A DNA stretch of 64,000 nt from Callorhinchus milii (GCF_018977255.1 NW_024704743.1:13394001-13458000); one strand, 5' to 3'. Positions 40,060-51,840 are shown, numbered from the stretch's first letter. Notes: generated by a model from the letters alone, not told the origin. Numbers and translations: made by a program.

Positions 40060-42710
40060 GCAACAACAACAAAATTACATTTATAGAGCGCCTTTCACGT
40101 CGGGAGGACGTCCCAAGGTGCTCGACAGTCAGGGGTCAGGACCCGAGCATGGGGGAGGGGTGGAGTAGGGGTGAGGGAAGGCAGAGAGGTGGGAGGGCGA
40201 CTGAAGGTACGATCGAAGAGGAGGGTCTTGAGACTGGCATTGAAGGAGGCAAGGGAGGAAGCGAGGCGAAGGGACCGTGGGATGGAGTTCCAGAGTGGGG
40301 GGCAGAGAGGCTGAAAGCCCAGCCACCAATGGTAGGTGGGTCGGGCGGGAGATATGGAGCAGGCCGGAGCCCACTGAACGGAGCGAGTGGGCAGGTTGGT
40401 AGGGAGTCAGTAGATCAGAGAGGTAGGAGGGGGCAAGGCTATGGATGGCCTTGAAAGTGAGGACGAGGATCTTGAATTCGATCCTCTGAGGGATGGGGAG
40501 CCAGTGGAGTCGGGCGAGGGTGGGAATGATGGGGTCACGGAGCCTGATGAGCGGGAGTACAAGAGCTGCAGAGTTTTGGATGATCTGCAGCTTGTGAAGG
40601 GAAGAGTTGGAAGGCAGATGAAGAGGGAGCTTCCTTAATCGAGCCTTGATGTGACGAATGTGTGGGTGAGGGTTTCAGCAGCCTGAGGGGTGAGGCAGTG
40701 GCAGAGTCTGGCAATGTTGCGGAGGTGGTGGTAGGCAGTGCTGGTCATGGCGCGGATGTGGGGGAGAAAGGACAGTTCAGGGTCAAACAAGACACCCAGG
40801 TTCCTGACTGGCTTAGTGAGGTTGAGTGTGCAGCCGTGGAGGCTGATGCTGCCAGCGCCTGAGGTGCGGAGGCACTGGCGTGAGCCAATCAAGAGGGCCT
40901 CGGTCTTGCTGGCGTTGAATTGGAGAAAGTTGTCCCTCGTCCAGGACTTGATGTCAGATAGGCAGTCGGTCAGGAAGCCAGTAGTCCTGGAGTTGAGGGT
41001 GGAAATTTACCCCATGTCTGCGGATGATGTCACCAAGTAGAGGGTGAAGAGGAGGGGACCAAGGACAAAGCCCTGAGGAACACTGCACGAGACGGTGCGG
41101 GGGCTGAAGGAGAAGCCGTTTGCTGCGACGAAGTAGAGGCGGTGTGAAAGGAAGGACCTGAACCAATCAAGGACAGAACCTTGAAGGTTGAAGTGGGAGG
41201 AGAGGTGGTGGAGGAGGATTAAGTGGTCCACAGTAACAAAGGCGGCGGAGAGGTTGAGGAGGCAGAGGGAGCCCTGGTCACACATGGTCAGGATGTCATT
41301 TGTGATGTTGAGCAGAGCAGTTTCTGTGCTGTGGGCAGCACAGAAACCCGATTGGAGTGGGAGGAGAGGAAAGAGCGAAGCTGGGAGGCAACGGCTCTCT
41401 CAAGGACCTTAGACAGAAAAGGGAGGTTGGAGATGGGCCGGTAGCTGGATAACTGTGTTGGGTCAAGGGAAGGGTTCTTCAAGGTGGGGGTGATAGTGGC
41501 TGTTTTAAGGAGGAAAGGAACAGTGCCAGATGACAGGGAGAGGTTAATGATCTTGGCAAGTTGTGGGACAAGGAGGTGGAGCTGGGATTTAAGGAGAGGG
41601 GTGGGGATGGGATCCAGGGAGCAGGTGGTGAGCTTCATGACAGATATGGTGGTGATGACAGAGCTGGGAGTGACAGGTTCAAAGGTGTGGAAGGAGGGAG
41701 GGGTAGTGATCGGAGTGTGGGGGGGGACGGTAGGGAGGGGGTGGAAGTTGGGAGGGCAGTGGCTGTTGAGTGGATTCCCTCGATTTTGGACTCGGAGGAA
41801 AGAATCTGCGAAGCGTGTCAGGGAGGGCGGAGGAGTCGGATGGTGGTGGAGAACAGGAGCCTGGGGTTGCCCTTCGCCTCCAGGATTAACCTGGAATAGA
41901 AGGATGACTTGGCCAAGGCGAGAGCGGAGCAGTAGATCTTGATGAGGTCCAGCCAGATGTGTCGGTGGACCATTAGGTCGGATTTGAGCCACGTGCGTTC
42001 GACAGCCCGCACCAGACCCTTGAGCGAGTGGAGGTGGCTAGTGAACCAGGGTGACGATCAGGTGTAGGAGGCAGTTCAGAAGGTGAGGGGGGCATTGAGT
42101 GCGGTGGAGAGGGTGCTGTAGAGGAGAGTAGACACAGAGGTTGGGTCAGAGGAGGTGGAGTTCAGAGGACTCCAAGGCAGCGGAGAGGGATTGCGGGGAG
42201 ATCTTCTTCCATGGGTGGTAGAAGATGGGGGTAGGTTTAGAGGCAGTGGGGAGAGGAATATATGACCTTGTCTGTGAGGGTGACATCCGAGACACTGAGG
42301 CTCCGGGTGATCACCAGGTCGAGCGGGTGGGTGTGGGCGTAGCAGAGTGGATGTGGAGGGAGAGGTTGAGAGAGGGGAGGAGAGAGGAGAAGTATGAGGA
42401 GCCTTCAGCTCCCCTCTCGACTCTCTTCCCCCTTCTCGCTCCCTCTCATCCCTCCCCTCACCCTGACCATTTCCCCCCTCCTCGCTCCCTCCCCTCCCCT
42501 GACCATTTCCCCCCTGCTCGGGTCATGACCCAACTGTGCAGCGCCTTGGGACGTCCTCCTGACGTGAAAGGCGCTTTATAAATGGAATCTTGTTGTTGTT
42601 GTTGTTGTTGAGGTGGATCAGTAGGGGGTGAAGTGGAGGTTGAAGTCACCTAGGATGATGAGGTGGTCGGAGCAGAGGCAGAGGGAAGCTAGAAGGGCTA
42701 GAAAACTTAG
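40060..42710 (-). mobile_element. 5'-truncated degenerate L2 LINE with a nested insertion
   Basis: TCSLDPIPTPLLK, YRPISNLPFLSKVLERAVASQL, VPQGFVLGPLLF, VRNLGVLFDPELSF and the (TTG)n tail. Same subfamily as 4751-7020. Confidence 0.92.
42400..42608 (+). mobile_element. L2-type 3' end (different subfamily) nested in the L2 above
   Basis: Opposite-strand tail CAGCGCCTTGGGACGTCCTCCTGACGTGAAAGGCGCTTTATAAATGGAATC(TTG)n, flanked by TGAGG direct repeats. Confidence 0.75.
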
Positions 42711-42809
42711 AGGAAAAAGGAATTATCATCCCATTATTGCGATGCCTGGAATTGATATTTACTGTTGTTTTGGATTGCTTTATGATTTATTTCTGTTCTA
42801 CATTCACAG

Positions 42810-42926
42810 CTGTATGATTTACCTCCTTCAATGTCGAAAGGACTCATGAATCAGAAGCATGCACGTGAACGCAGAGCACAAGGCGTGTATGATATTCCTT
42901 CTGGCTTAGGGAAGGAGCATCGAGAA
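42810..42926 (+). CDS. NEDD9: NEDD9 exon 4 (not in the ORF track)
   Basis: cattcacag|CTGTAT to CGAGAA|gtaagt; 117 nt; LYDLPPSMSKGLMNQKHARERRAQGVYDIPSGLGKEHRE with two YDxP motifs, matching the human exon VYDIPPSSAKG...QGVYDIP. Confidence 0.9.
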
Positions 42927-43384
42927 GTAAGTATTTACTATACGGTGCCAGATAAGCTGTCTGGGATATTTATCTTGGAAGTTATGTTTTTTTAATCACT
43001 GAGAGTTCAAATGGTAACTAGAATATAAGGATCCCTACGTTTATTACTCCGAAATCTCTGATTTTTATTTTGCCTATTAAAATTAATCATTTTGTTATCC
43101 ATTACTCCTCATCTTTATGGCTAATTGGGGATAACTGAAGCAGGGTTAGATCAGCTAACTTAAGACCACAATTGTAATTGAAGCCTTCAATTCCAGTGTG
43201 TGGTGAGTTAGCTGATGTCAGTGGGGACAGCAGTTTGTGTGTTGTAAATGGCCTGTGAGTTGGGTAGTGAATAATCAGCCGGGGCTCCTGATGGTTTAGA
43301 GATGTGTGTTTATGGACGTCACGGTGAGGACTAGTTGGGTCCTGTCTCTGAACTGTAAACATTATATTTTTTGACTGTTTGCAG

Positions 43385-44635
43385 GTGTATGATATTCCAC
43401 CCACGGCTTGCAAGGAAGCAAATTACGACTTTCCACCACCTCTGAGACAGGCCACAGATTCTCAGAAACATTATAAATCTGAAGGGCTTTATGACATTCC
43501 TCCGCCAGCTGCCAAATCGGCTTCACCACTTCAGTCAGCCCACACACGAGTTGGGCTCAGCTCTCCCAACCGGTCTATTTATGATGTCCCGCCAACAGCG
43601 GTTAATACTATGTCCAGTACAAAAAGACAAGGCATCTATGATATCCCACCAGTTTACCAGCAGACCTCACAGAAGGACGTCTACGACATTCCCCGAGGAT
43701 TGCTCGACTCTGGGCAGAATGCAGGGACTGAAATGTCGAAACCAGCAGTAGGAAATGGGATCTATGACGTTCCCCCACAGGTCTCGCAGGATGTTAAGGG
43801 CATGCTAGACGTAACTGATGGGATGAACCGATTGTCATTTTCCAGCACAGGCAGCACGAGAAGCAACATGTCGACATCTTCAACAACATCCAAGGAATCC
43901 TCTCTTTCAGCCTCTCCCCTGCCAGAGAAAAAGCTCTTGTTGGATGTAGACTCTGCCTTTGAGAAGCTAACTTGCCTGCAGCATGGTGTGGAATCCTCCA
44001 TCTCAGCCCTCATGGCATTTGTTGTTCCTGACTGGCGATCCCATGAACTCAGGGAGAAGCACGTCAGCGAAATCCACGCAAGCGCTGACAAAGTAAAACA
44101 GTCACTATCGGGGTTCATCGGCTTCGCCCAGGGAGCCACAGCCAATGCGTCTGGTCTGTCAGACACTGTTCTTCACAACAAGTTAAGGAAACAGTTACAA
44201 CGCTTGGATGACTCCTACCAGATTCTAATGCAGACCAGCCAAGCACTGGATAGCAAGAACTGGGCTTTGAACATGTTGGGAATTAACAAGCTTCACAATA
44301 AGTGTGATGACTTGGACCGCTTTGTCATGGTGACAAAGACTGTTCCAGACGATGTGAAACAGTTAGCATCTTCTATAAGTGCAAATGCCGAATATTTATT
44401 CAAACAGGGGATTGGAATTATGAATTTAGAGACTGTTCATGAAACCACCACAGCGAACATTGGTGGAGACAGTCGTACGAACCGTAACCATACAAATTCA
44501 CATGGGGGAAAGACACTGATTAAAATACAGCCTTTGTTGCATACTCCCTCACAACTGGATCACGAGGCCCACATTAGCAGCAAAGAGACCGTGGATAAAA
44601 GTTGGATGGAAGATTATGATTATGTCCATTTACAG
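43385..44635 (+). CDS. NEDD9: NEDD9 exon 5: substrate domain, serine-rich four-helix bundle, Src-binding YDYVHL
   Basis: tttgcag|GTGTAT to TTACAG|gttagc; 1251 nt. Contains YDxP repeats, NRLSFSSTGSTRSNMSTSSTTSKESSLSASP, DDLDRFVMV and WMEDYDYVHLQ. Confidence 0.96.
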
Positions 44636-45559
44636 GTTAGCATTCTAACCATCTACCCTTGCTTCTACCTTTTAATTTGCTTAACAAATATGTCAATGAA
44701 AATTGTTGGTCTTTTCACTTGATTTCTCCTTTGGGATTCTAATCATTCCTACTCAAAAGTTCAGCTTTGCAATTACAGGGATGTAGATTCTGATTCAATA
44801 TGTGTTAGTAAACATATGACCAATTGAAGCATGGTAGTATTGTCCTGAACCACTGCAATGACTCAACCTGACCTAGGACATTCACTTACCATAAGCTTTA
44901 ACCAGAAGCTTTAATGTAAATTCACTGTTAATATTGCATCTTATTGAAATTGCTAAAAAAAACTATGAATTACGTTTCAGTCTTACCCATATCTTCTGAG
45001 TGGAAAGGCTGACAGAACGAGAAAGAACTCGTAAAAGATATATGTCTTAGATGCTGTTGAAGATGCAAATATATTTTAGAATGGTTAGAAAAACACTCTG
45101 CTCTCCTAGTCTCCTAATGTTATCCTCAGGGTATAAAATAGAAGAAGATGAATATTCATTTCTTAATTTTATCAAATAGTGGCCGAGGCGGCAGGGGGCA
45201 GGGTGGGGGTGGTTGACTGGGCATCTGATGTAGGCATGCAGAACACACACCCTATACATTAAGAGTCTCCAATTCCAGCTGTTAAAAAGGTACAAAATCA
45301 GAGTTTCTGTCTGTCAGGGCTAGAGTGCACAATCATCTGCTTGATGATGTGCAGTCTATGTAATTCTGTGTGAATATGTAATTAATCAAGGTAGGGGGAT
45401 GTTTTACTGGACAGCTTACACCATATGGGCTGTGCCAGGGCAGGCTGTGTTTTAGGATAAGTATTTCCTGCTGTGCAGGAAGGTTGATTGCAAATCTGAG
45501 TTTTAAGTAAACTTTGACTAACAAGAGACAAAGGGTAGTTAAGCTGCTCTATACAGTCA

Positions 45560-45759
45560 AGGTAGTGAATTCATTGATGTACACAACTCCCCGATGTGCA
45601 TCATTATCAGGTTTCGTACCCTAAAATAATGCTAAAGCAATTGAACCTAACAGGTAATATTGAATCCCCAACGTAAGAATAGATAAATATTATTGCATTT
45701 TACAAAGGCACAAATTTATTAAAGTTAAGATTTATTGTATATCAGTGAATTCACTACCT
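45560..45759. mobile_element. Possible MITE, 200 bp, 24 bp inverted termini
   Basis: AGGTAGTGAATTCATTGATGTACA versus TGTATATCAGTGAATTCACTACCT (22/24 complementary). Confidence 0.5.
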
Positions 45760-45929
45760 GGAACACATGGAACAGTGCATCCCAAAGAGACACTGATACT
45801 GTCCATATTGTACTTTTTTTTTTGCTGAACGCAAATTTGTTTAGGGAGACTTTAAAAGTGGGGGACCGTCTGTGAGACCAAAATATTTTTTGAAAAACAT
45901 ATGAGTGTTTCCAATTCATCATTTTCTCA

Positions 45930-46260
45930 TTTTCTCCCCCATTGTCTTTCTCTGTTCCGGAGATCCACGGGCGCTGGTTCCTCTCTGGTATCCTGCCCTC
46001 ATTCACATGTCAGTCTTGCTAATGAGTGTCGGTAGGCACTCGACTGAAGAGGGCACCTCAGCTAACCGTGACCTTGTCTCACTCTGCTGTCACATGTACA
46101 CACAACCTGGAGAGGAACCAGGACTAGCTTTCCCCTTACTAACCCCAGGAGGGCCAGGCCAATTTGACCTCCTCACGCAACCCCAGGAGAGAGTGCTAAA
46201 ACTCAGCATTGACTGGGCTTCGAATCAGCAAGCTTCTGGTCTGTCACCTGTAGCTCTGTC
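45930..46260 (-). mobile_element. AmnSINE2-like ancient SINE remnant
   Basis: Colinear diverged match to 38330-38640 (GGCCAATT, CTAAACTCAGCA, TTCTGGTCTGT). Confidence 0.45.
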
Positions 46261-46365
46261 TACTACACCATCGGGGCTGCCCCCAAAGTTTTCTTCCGTA
46301 TATAATTTGCTATGTATCATTTTCACTTTTTGAGTGCTTAATATTCTCACTGTTTAATATTAAAG

Positions 46366-46455
46366 GGGAAAGACGAATTTGAGAGACAACAAAAGGAACT
46401 TTTGGAAAAAGGAAATATTGTCAAACAGAACAAGATACAATTGGAACAACATCAG
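46366..46455 (+). CDS. NEDD9: NEDD9 exon 6
   Basis: taaag|GGGAAA to CATCAG|gtaggt; 90 nt; GKDEFERQQKELLEKGNIVKQNKIQLEQHQ. Confidence 0.94.
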
Positions 46456-46719
46456 GTAGGTTTGCTTGAGTATGTATGTGTTTTATGGTGTCTCTATGTG
46501 CTATCTGTCTGTGTGTGGTCTATGGTGTCTGTATGCGCTGTCTGTGTGTGTGTGTCTGGTTTATGGTGTCTGTGTGTCCTGTCTATCTGTGTGTGTGGAT
46601 TATGCTATCTGCTCTTGCTTAACTATTTGGCCTCTATGTGGTGTATGCTGGCCTCAACCACCCTTTCATAGGATTACACTGCACAGAAGTAGGCCATTCG
46701 GCCCATCATGTGTGTGTAC

Positions 46720-47130
46720 TCACTTTTAAAGCCCTGCATGGTCTTACTCCACCTTATCTCTGAAGCCTCCTAAAACCATACCAAACTGTCCACTCCCTTT
46801 GCTCAGTGGATACTGGCCTGTTCCACATCCCCCCACCACCTCCGCCCACCCTCTCCACAATTGGAAGTCTGTCCTTTAGCCTTTTCTGTACCCAGCCTCT
46901 GGAACTCAATCCTGGAGCTCCTCCACCTTGCTCCCTCCCTTGCCTACTGCAAGGCCCATCTCAAGATCTTCCTCTTCGACCGCACCTTTGGTCATCTTCC
47001 CACCACCACCTAGCCCTCCATCCCTCTTGATTCCAATCCGCAGCTCAGGTGCAATCGCTTGGCTGTCCATTGCCTTGGAACATCCTCCTGACATAAAAGG
47101 CACTATATAAATTTTATTTGTTCTTGTTGT
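46720..47130 (+). mobile_element. L2 3' fragment
   Basis: CTCACTTTTAAAGCCCTGCATGGTCTT...CTCTGGAACTCAAT...CTCAAGATCTTCCTCTTCGACC plus tail. Confidence 0.75.
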
Positions 47131-47403
47131 TTCGTGTGTAAGTGCTGATATTCAGTCTCTACTAGCACATACCTATGCACCACAGGTTCCATTAACATAT
47201 TATGCCTTTTTAAGTATCGCCCTTTAACATCCACTTTATTTTCAGTGATGCTTCAGGTCACCCTCCTCAGATCTCCCCACGTCTAGTTCAGGTGCTCAGT
47301 CAGCTGTGTGAGGTGGCAGATCCACCAGACAAAATAAATTGTAAATTATCATTGTTGTTGTTGTTCCAGATCTGATATGATAATGCCTACTTTTGTGTTT
47401 CAG

Positions 47404-47913
47404 CTAAACCAGTTCCAGGAACTGGAGAAGGAGGTCATTAAGCCAGTGGAGAATGATCTGTCAAACTGGAACGCTCCAAAGCATATTCCCCACGACAGCA
47501 GCAGCCTCAGTGTTCATGACAAACAACTCCTTTTCTTCTACTCGGAGCAGTGCGAGACCCACTTTGTGACGCTCCTCAATGCCATTGATGCCTTCTTCAA
47601 CTCCATCAGTGCTGGCCAGCCACCCAGGATCTTCGTGGCTCATAGCAAGTTCATTATCCTCAGCGCCCACAAGCTTGTTTTTATAGGGGACACGCTATCA
47701 AGGCAAGCCATGGCCCAAGACATCCGGAATAAAGTTTTAAACTATAGCAACCTCCTCTGTGAACTCCTTAAAAACATTGTCACGGCCACCAAGGTGGCTG
47801 CCTTACATTATCCCCATACAGCGACAGTGCAGGAGATGGTCGACCGAGTCACCGAACTTTCCCATCACGCTCACCAGTTTAGGAACCTGCTGCTGCAGTT
47901 GGCATCTTTATGA
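47404..47913 (+). CDS. NEDD9: NEDD9 exon 7 (terminal): C-terminal FAT-like Cas homology domain
   Basis: tttcag|CTAAAC to TGA; 169 aa including QPPRIFVAHSKFIILSAHKLVFIGDTLSRQ and TKVAALHYP. Confidence 0.96.
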   Translation, partial: LNQFQELEKEVIKPVENDLSNWNAPKHIPHDSSSLSVHDKQLLFFYSEQCETHFVTLLNAIDAFFNSISAGQPPRIFVAHSKFIILSAHKLVFIGDTLSRQAMAQDIRNKVLNYSNLLCELLKNIVTATKVAALHYPHTATVQEMVDRVTELSHHAHQFRNLLLQLASL

Positions 47914-49897
47914 AGTAACATTGTGATTGCACAGTCAAGTTCCGCAGTGTTCTTTGGAAGAAATCAAACTGCTGTGTTAATAGATGAACGCTCGTGCTCT
48001 CCAAGTTTTGTCCCTGTGTAGAATGTTTTTGTACATGTATGTGTCTTTTTGACTGAAACCATTTGTCATTTATTGGATGAAAAGGAATGTAGCATGTGGT
48101 ACTGCGGAGTCTGGATCTTAACATTCACTTAAATTTACTTTAGATTGTACGTTGTTGCCTCTTCGTACTGGAGTAAATTCTGTGATCAATGCTACACACC
48201 TAACATTGTCTTCATATAACCATCTACGAGTAGAAACAGATGTAGATTTATATACATTTCAGAGCTTTCAAAGCAGAAAACTAACATTTTTTCCAGTTGC
48301 AGTGTTATTGGGAACAGTCATATTTACAATTAAATGGAGAAAACCAGGAATGTCATTAAAATGGGCTCAATCTAAACAGGGGAGAGAAAGATATGATTAA
48401 TTGAGTCAGAAAAATTAAGCTGTAATATTTAAACCTCCAATCAATCTACCTTTTCATTTTAAGCCTGTGTGGTTTCTCTGATGGCCAAGTGGTTAAAAGC
48501 ATTACTGGGTTGTGCAGACCAAAACATTCATGGGTTGGATTTCCAGTGTGTGCTTCTCTCTGCCAGGTGTTGCATTTAACCTCCGTGCCCCCAATTTAAG
48601 AAGGGCAAATAAGCCTGGGTTCCCAATCATTACCCACTTCTGCTGGAAAATTTGCTTATGTGGAGGCTGGGTGAAGATAGGATACCAGAGACACAATTTA
48701 AGTGCCTTTCGCATTGGGAACATCTCAAAGCACTTCACATGAGTGGCCTGGCTCCCAAGCCGGGGTTGGGAGGGGAGCTGGAGAGAAGATGACTGAAAGA
48801 TGCCTCTTGATGTCAGGATAGACTCAAGCGCTCTACCCTGTGTGAGGGGTGCTATATAAATGCAAGTTGTTGTAGGATAGGCTGCCATTCTTGCTCTCCT
48901 GCATGAAACATGACCCTTTAGGTGAGATACCAGAAAGCGCCAGCGCCCACGGAATCGTAAAAGTAAAGTAAAGAGAGTTTTCCTTTGAGACAAGACAGAG
49001 GGAGCAATAATAAGATGAAGAATTAGACTCACAATCTGTAAAATATGTAAACTCTCATTCAATAACAGTTGGGTTAGCAAAAAAGCACTTCACTACTTTG
49101 TATTTGAACAATTGCTTACAGATTTATATAGCCACTCCTGTACATGAACATGTATTTTTTTCTGTTTAATCACTAGTATTTCATACTTGGTAATTTATTT
49201 TGTTCTATGATGATCTTATTTACTACTTAGTCTCATTTTTACAGTAGAGCTTATCTAAAGTTGGAGCGCGATATTAAAACACAGGACTCCACAATAAACA
49301 GATTTAATATGTAGGGGAAAGAGTACTAACAATTACTGACAAAAAAGTATCACTATTTAAAAGTTTCAATGTTCTGAATATGTCTTCAACAATTACCCAA
49401 CATATGAACTGATAGGCTCCAACACACACACACATCTACATAATGGCAAATATGTGTATTGTGAATGATGGTGTTGCAGAATACCTTTCAAGTCCTTGCA
49501 GAGGTGGTATGTTTGCAATATTCAGGAAGTATGTTGGTAACATTGTGTGACTTACACAAAGACCCCACAACACTGTTAGAATCAGGAATCTCCTGCTTAT
49601 TACTGCCTACTGCAGAGACATTCGCGGAGTCTGAATTTTTTACAGTGCACCTCCGCCAAGGCTTTAATTCCAATTCATGTTTTTTGTGTTTTGATGGTAA
49701 AATAATAAACGAAAGAGTATGATTTGGGGAGACTGTATAGTGAGAAGGTGAACTTTTAATCCAATGTAAGTCATTATTAATGATGACAAAGTTGCAAATA
49801 TCCTTTGATCAGACATTCTGAATGTTAACATTCTGTCGTATCATTCCCGTAATCCAGTGTAAAAGTTTTTATATATACTGTATATACCGTCAATAAG

Positions 49898-49903
49898 ATT
49901 AAA
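49898..49903 (+). promoter_or_regulatory. Candidate NEDD9 polyadenylation signal (ATTAAA)
   Basis: Preceded by TGTA motifs and followed by T/GT-rich sequence, ~2 kb after the stop. AATAAA alternatives exist near 49283 and 49704. Confidence 0.3.
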
Positions 49904-50334
49904 TGGTTTTGATACTACTTTGGGAAACGCAATTTACTTTTGTAAGGAAGAATGGCACAAGTTTAAACGGACTGAATATGAGCTGACCAAACCTGTATTT
50001 TATTATGGAGAAAAAAATATTTGTAATCATTAAATTGTAAAACATTGTTTTCAAATGGAAAGGTGTGAAGGTGACTCCAGATATGAAAATGTGCTTCGCA
50101 TCATAACAGGGTTGCAGCTGTTTCCTCTGTCACACTTTAAACCTATTTAAACCTATTAAAATAAAAAACAAAAATTTAAAAAATATATATAATTTTTTTA
50201 AAAAAGGAGGAATATTTTGAAATATTCACTAAGTTTAAAATCAGGCCCAGGGTTTTGCAAGCATCACGTTCCAATATTATGTTAATCAAGACTTATAGTT
50301 TCCTCATATCAGCAATATTCAACCAAACTCAAGA

Positions 50335-50690
50335 TGATAATAATCCTTGCATTTGATATAGCGCCGGATCATGTCTTCAAAATGTCTCAAAGCGCTTCAC
50401 AACACATTGTGAAGTGAACTGACGGTATATTTTGTGGGCAAAACGCAGCAGCCAATTGCGCACAGCAGTGTCCAACAAACAATCGTGGATTGAGTGACAT
50501 TTTATTTTTAAGGGATTATTACCCACCAATCGATTCACCAATCAACTAACAACCAGATTCCTACTTACTGTTAGGTAAACATAGGCATGTGGGGTAAGGA
50601 AACTTGCCCACCATTTCGCTCTGCCGGGAATTGAACCCAGGTCCTCTCACTTGCGAGGCAAGTGCTCTGCCCACTAAACTACAGAACTCC
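50335..50690 (-). mobile_element. tRNA-Deu SINE, long variant, full length
   Basis: Reverse complement of the 28506-28875 type. Confidence 0.85.
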
Positions 50691-51333
50691 ACTGAGACTA
50701 AGCACCTCAGACGGCAAGCTAGACTGGGACAATATGTGGTGGAGCACCAAGCATTGCACAGTGAGAACTACAGAGAGCGGGAAGTATAGTTGCACATAGT
50801 GGGTTCAGAAGGGGGTGGCTCGAGGTGTAGCCTCAAATGTGTATTCAAATGAATTACATGCTGCATAGATTAAACCAGTAAAATTGTCTAAATATATTAA
50901 TTCAGTGGTCATTTACTATAATGCTGTTTGATATAGTATGATGACCAATTTTAAATGTTTATTAGTTTTGAATCCTTCAACAAGGGAAGAGAAAAAATCG
51001 GACAAAATTCGTTGTAACATATGATTCAACAGATTATTTGCTAAAAAGCCCTATGGGCATGTGAAAGATAAGCGACAGCAAACCCCCAGATTTGGACTTT
51101 CCCCCTATCTGAGTAATATTTTGTCTACTGCAAGGATTCGTATTTGTATTTTAGGTACCTACAGAAAACCATCAAGTTACCGTTAAGACTGAATTCAATA
51201 ATTTGACAAATTCTGGGTGACTTAATATATTATATAAAGAGAGTAAATCTTCCCCAAAGTTATGCCTTAGGTATCGAGCATACGGCAAATTATATTTATT
51301 CTACATGCAGCATTTTTACAATTTTACTCTCGT

Positions 51334-51588
51334 CCTTGCACTTTATATAGCACCTTATCATGTTGAAATATCTCACAGTAATTCCTGTAATTTGTAATAA
51401 CTGTATACTTGTAAGTGAGCTGGGTAGACAATTTGAACATGGCAAATTGCGCAGTAATTTAATTGGGGGATTAATCTATCAGGACACCAGGAGAAACTCC
51501 CTTCTCTTTTCAGATAATGTCATGGATTCTTTAGCAGACTGAAACTTTGGTTTAACTTCTTATCTGACACTGGAGTGTCAACCTAGAC
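51334..51588 (-). mobile_element. Older Deu SINE, interrupted by the hAT (resumes 53677-53745)
   Basis: CAGGACACCAGGAGAAACTCCC...TGGAGTGTCAACCTAGAC continues after the transposon as CATGAGCTCAAAGTCC...GGGACTTGAAC...ACCTTCTGCCTCAGAG (tRNA head). Confidence 0.65.
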
Positions 51589-51840
51589 CAGGGGTGGGCA
51601 ATTATTTTGGCTGGCGGGCCACTTTACGAATTTTGGTAATCTTCGTGGGCCACACACTTAATATAAACGTAAATGGTTAATAATAGCTCAAAATCAAGTC
51701 TTACATTTGTACATGCATAAAATAAAGTTTATATAATTGATATTCATTAAAATTAGGTTAAATAAAAACAACTCATTGAGCAGACATTTGTTTGATATTT
51801 ATTCATTTATTCACATATTGATGAGAATGTGAGAAGCTCA

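Noticed and set aside
43379..44722. Standalone 447 aa gene
   Set aside because: It is NEDD9 exon 5 plus read-through past canonical splice sites.
48502..49080. 192 aa minus-strand ORF (also 53543-54124 and most other short ORF-track entries)
   Set aside because: No recognisable domain or exon structure. They overlap repeats or UTR, often use non-ATG starts, and are expected by chance.
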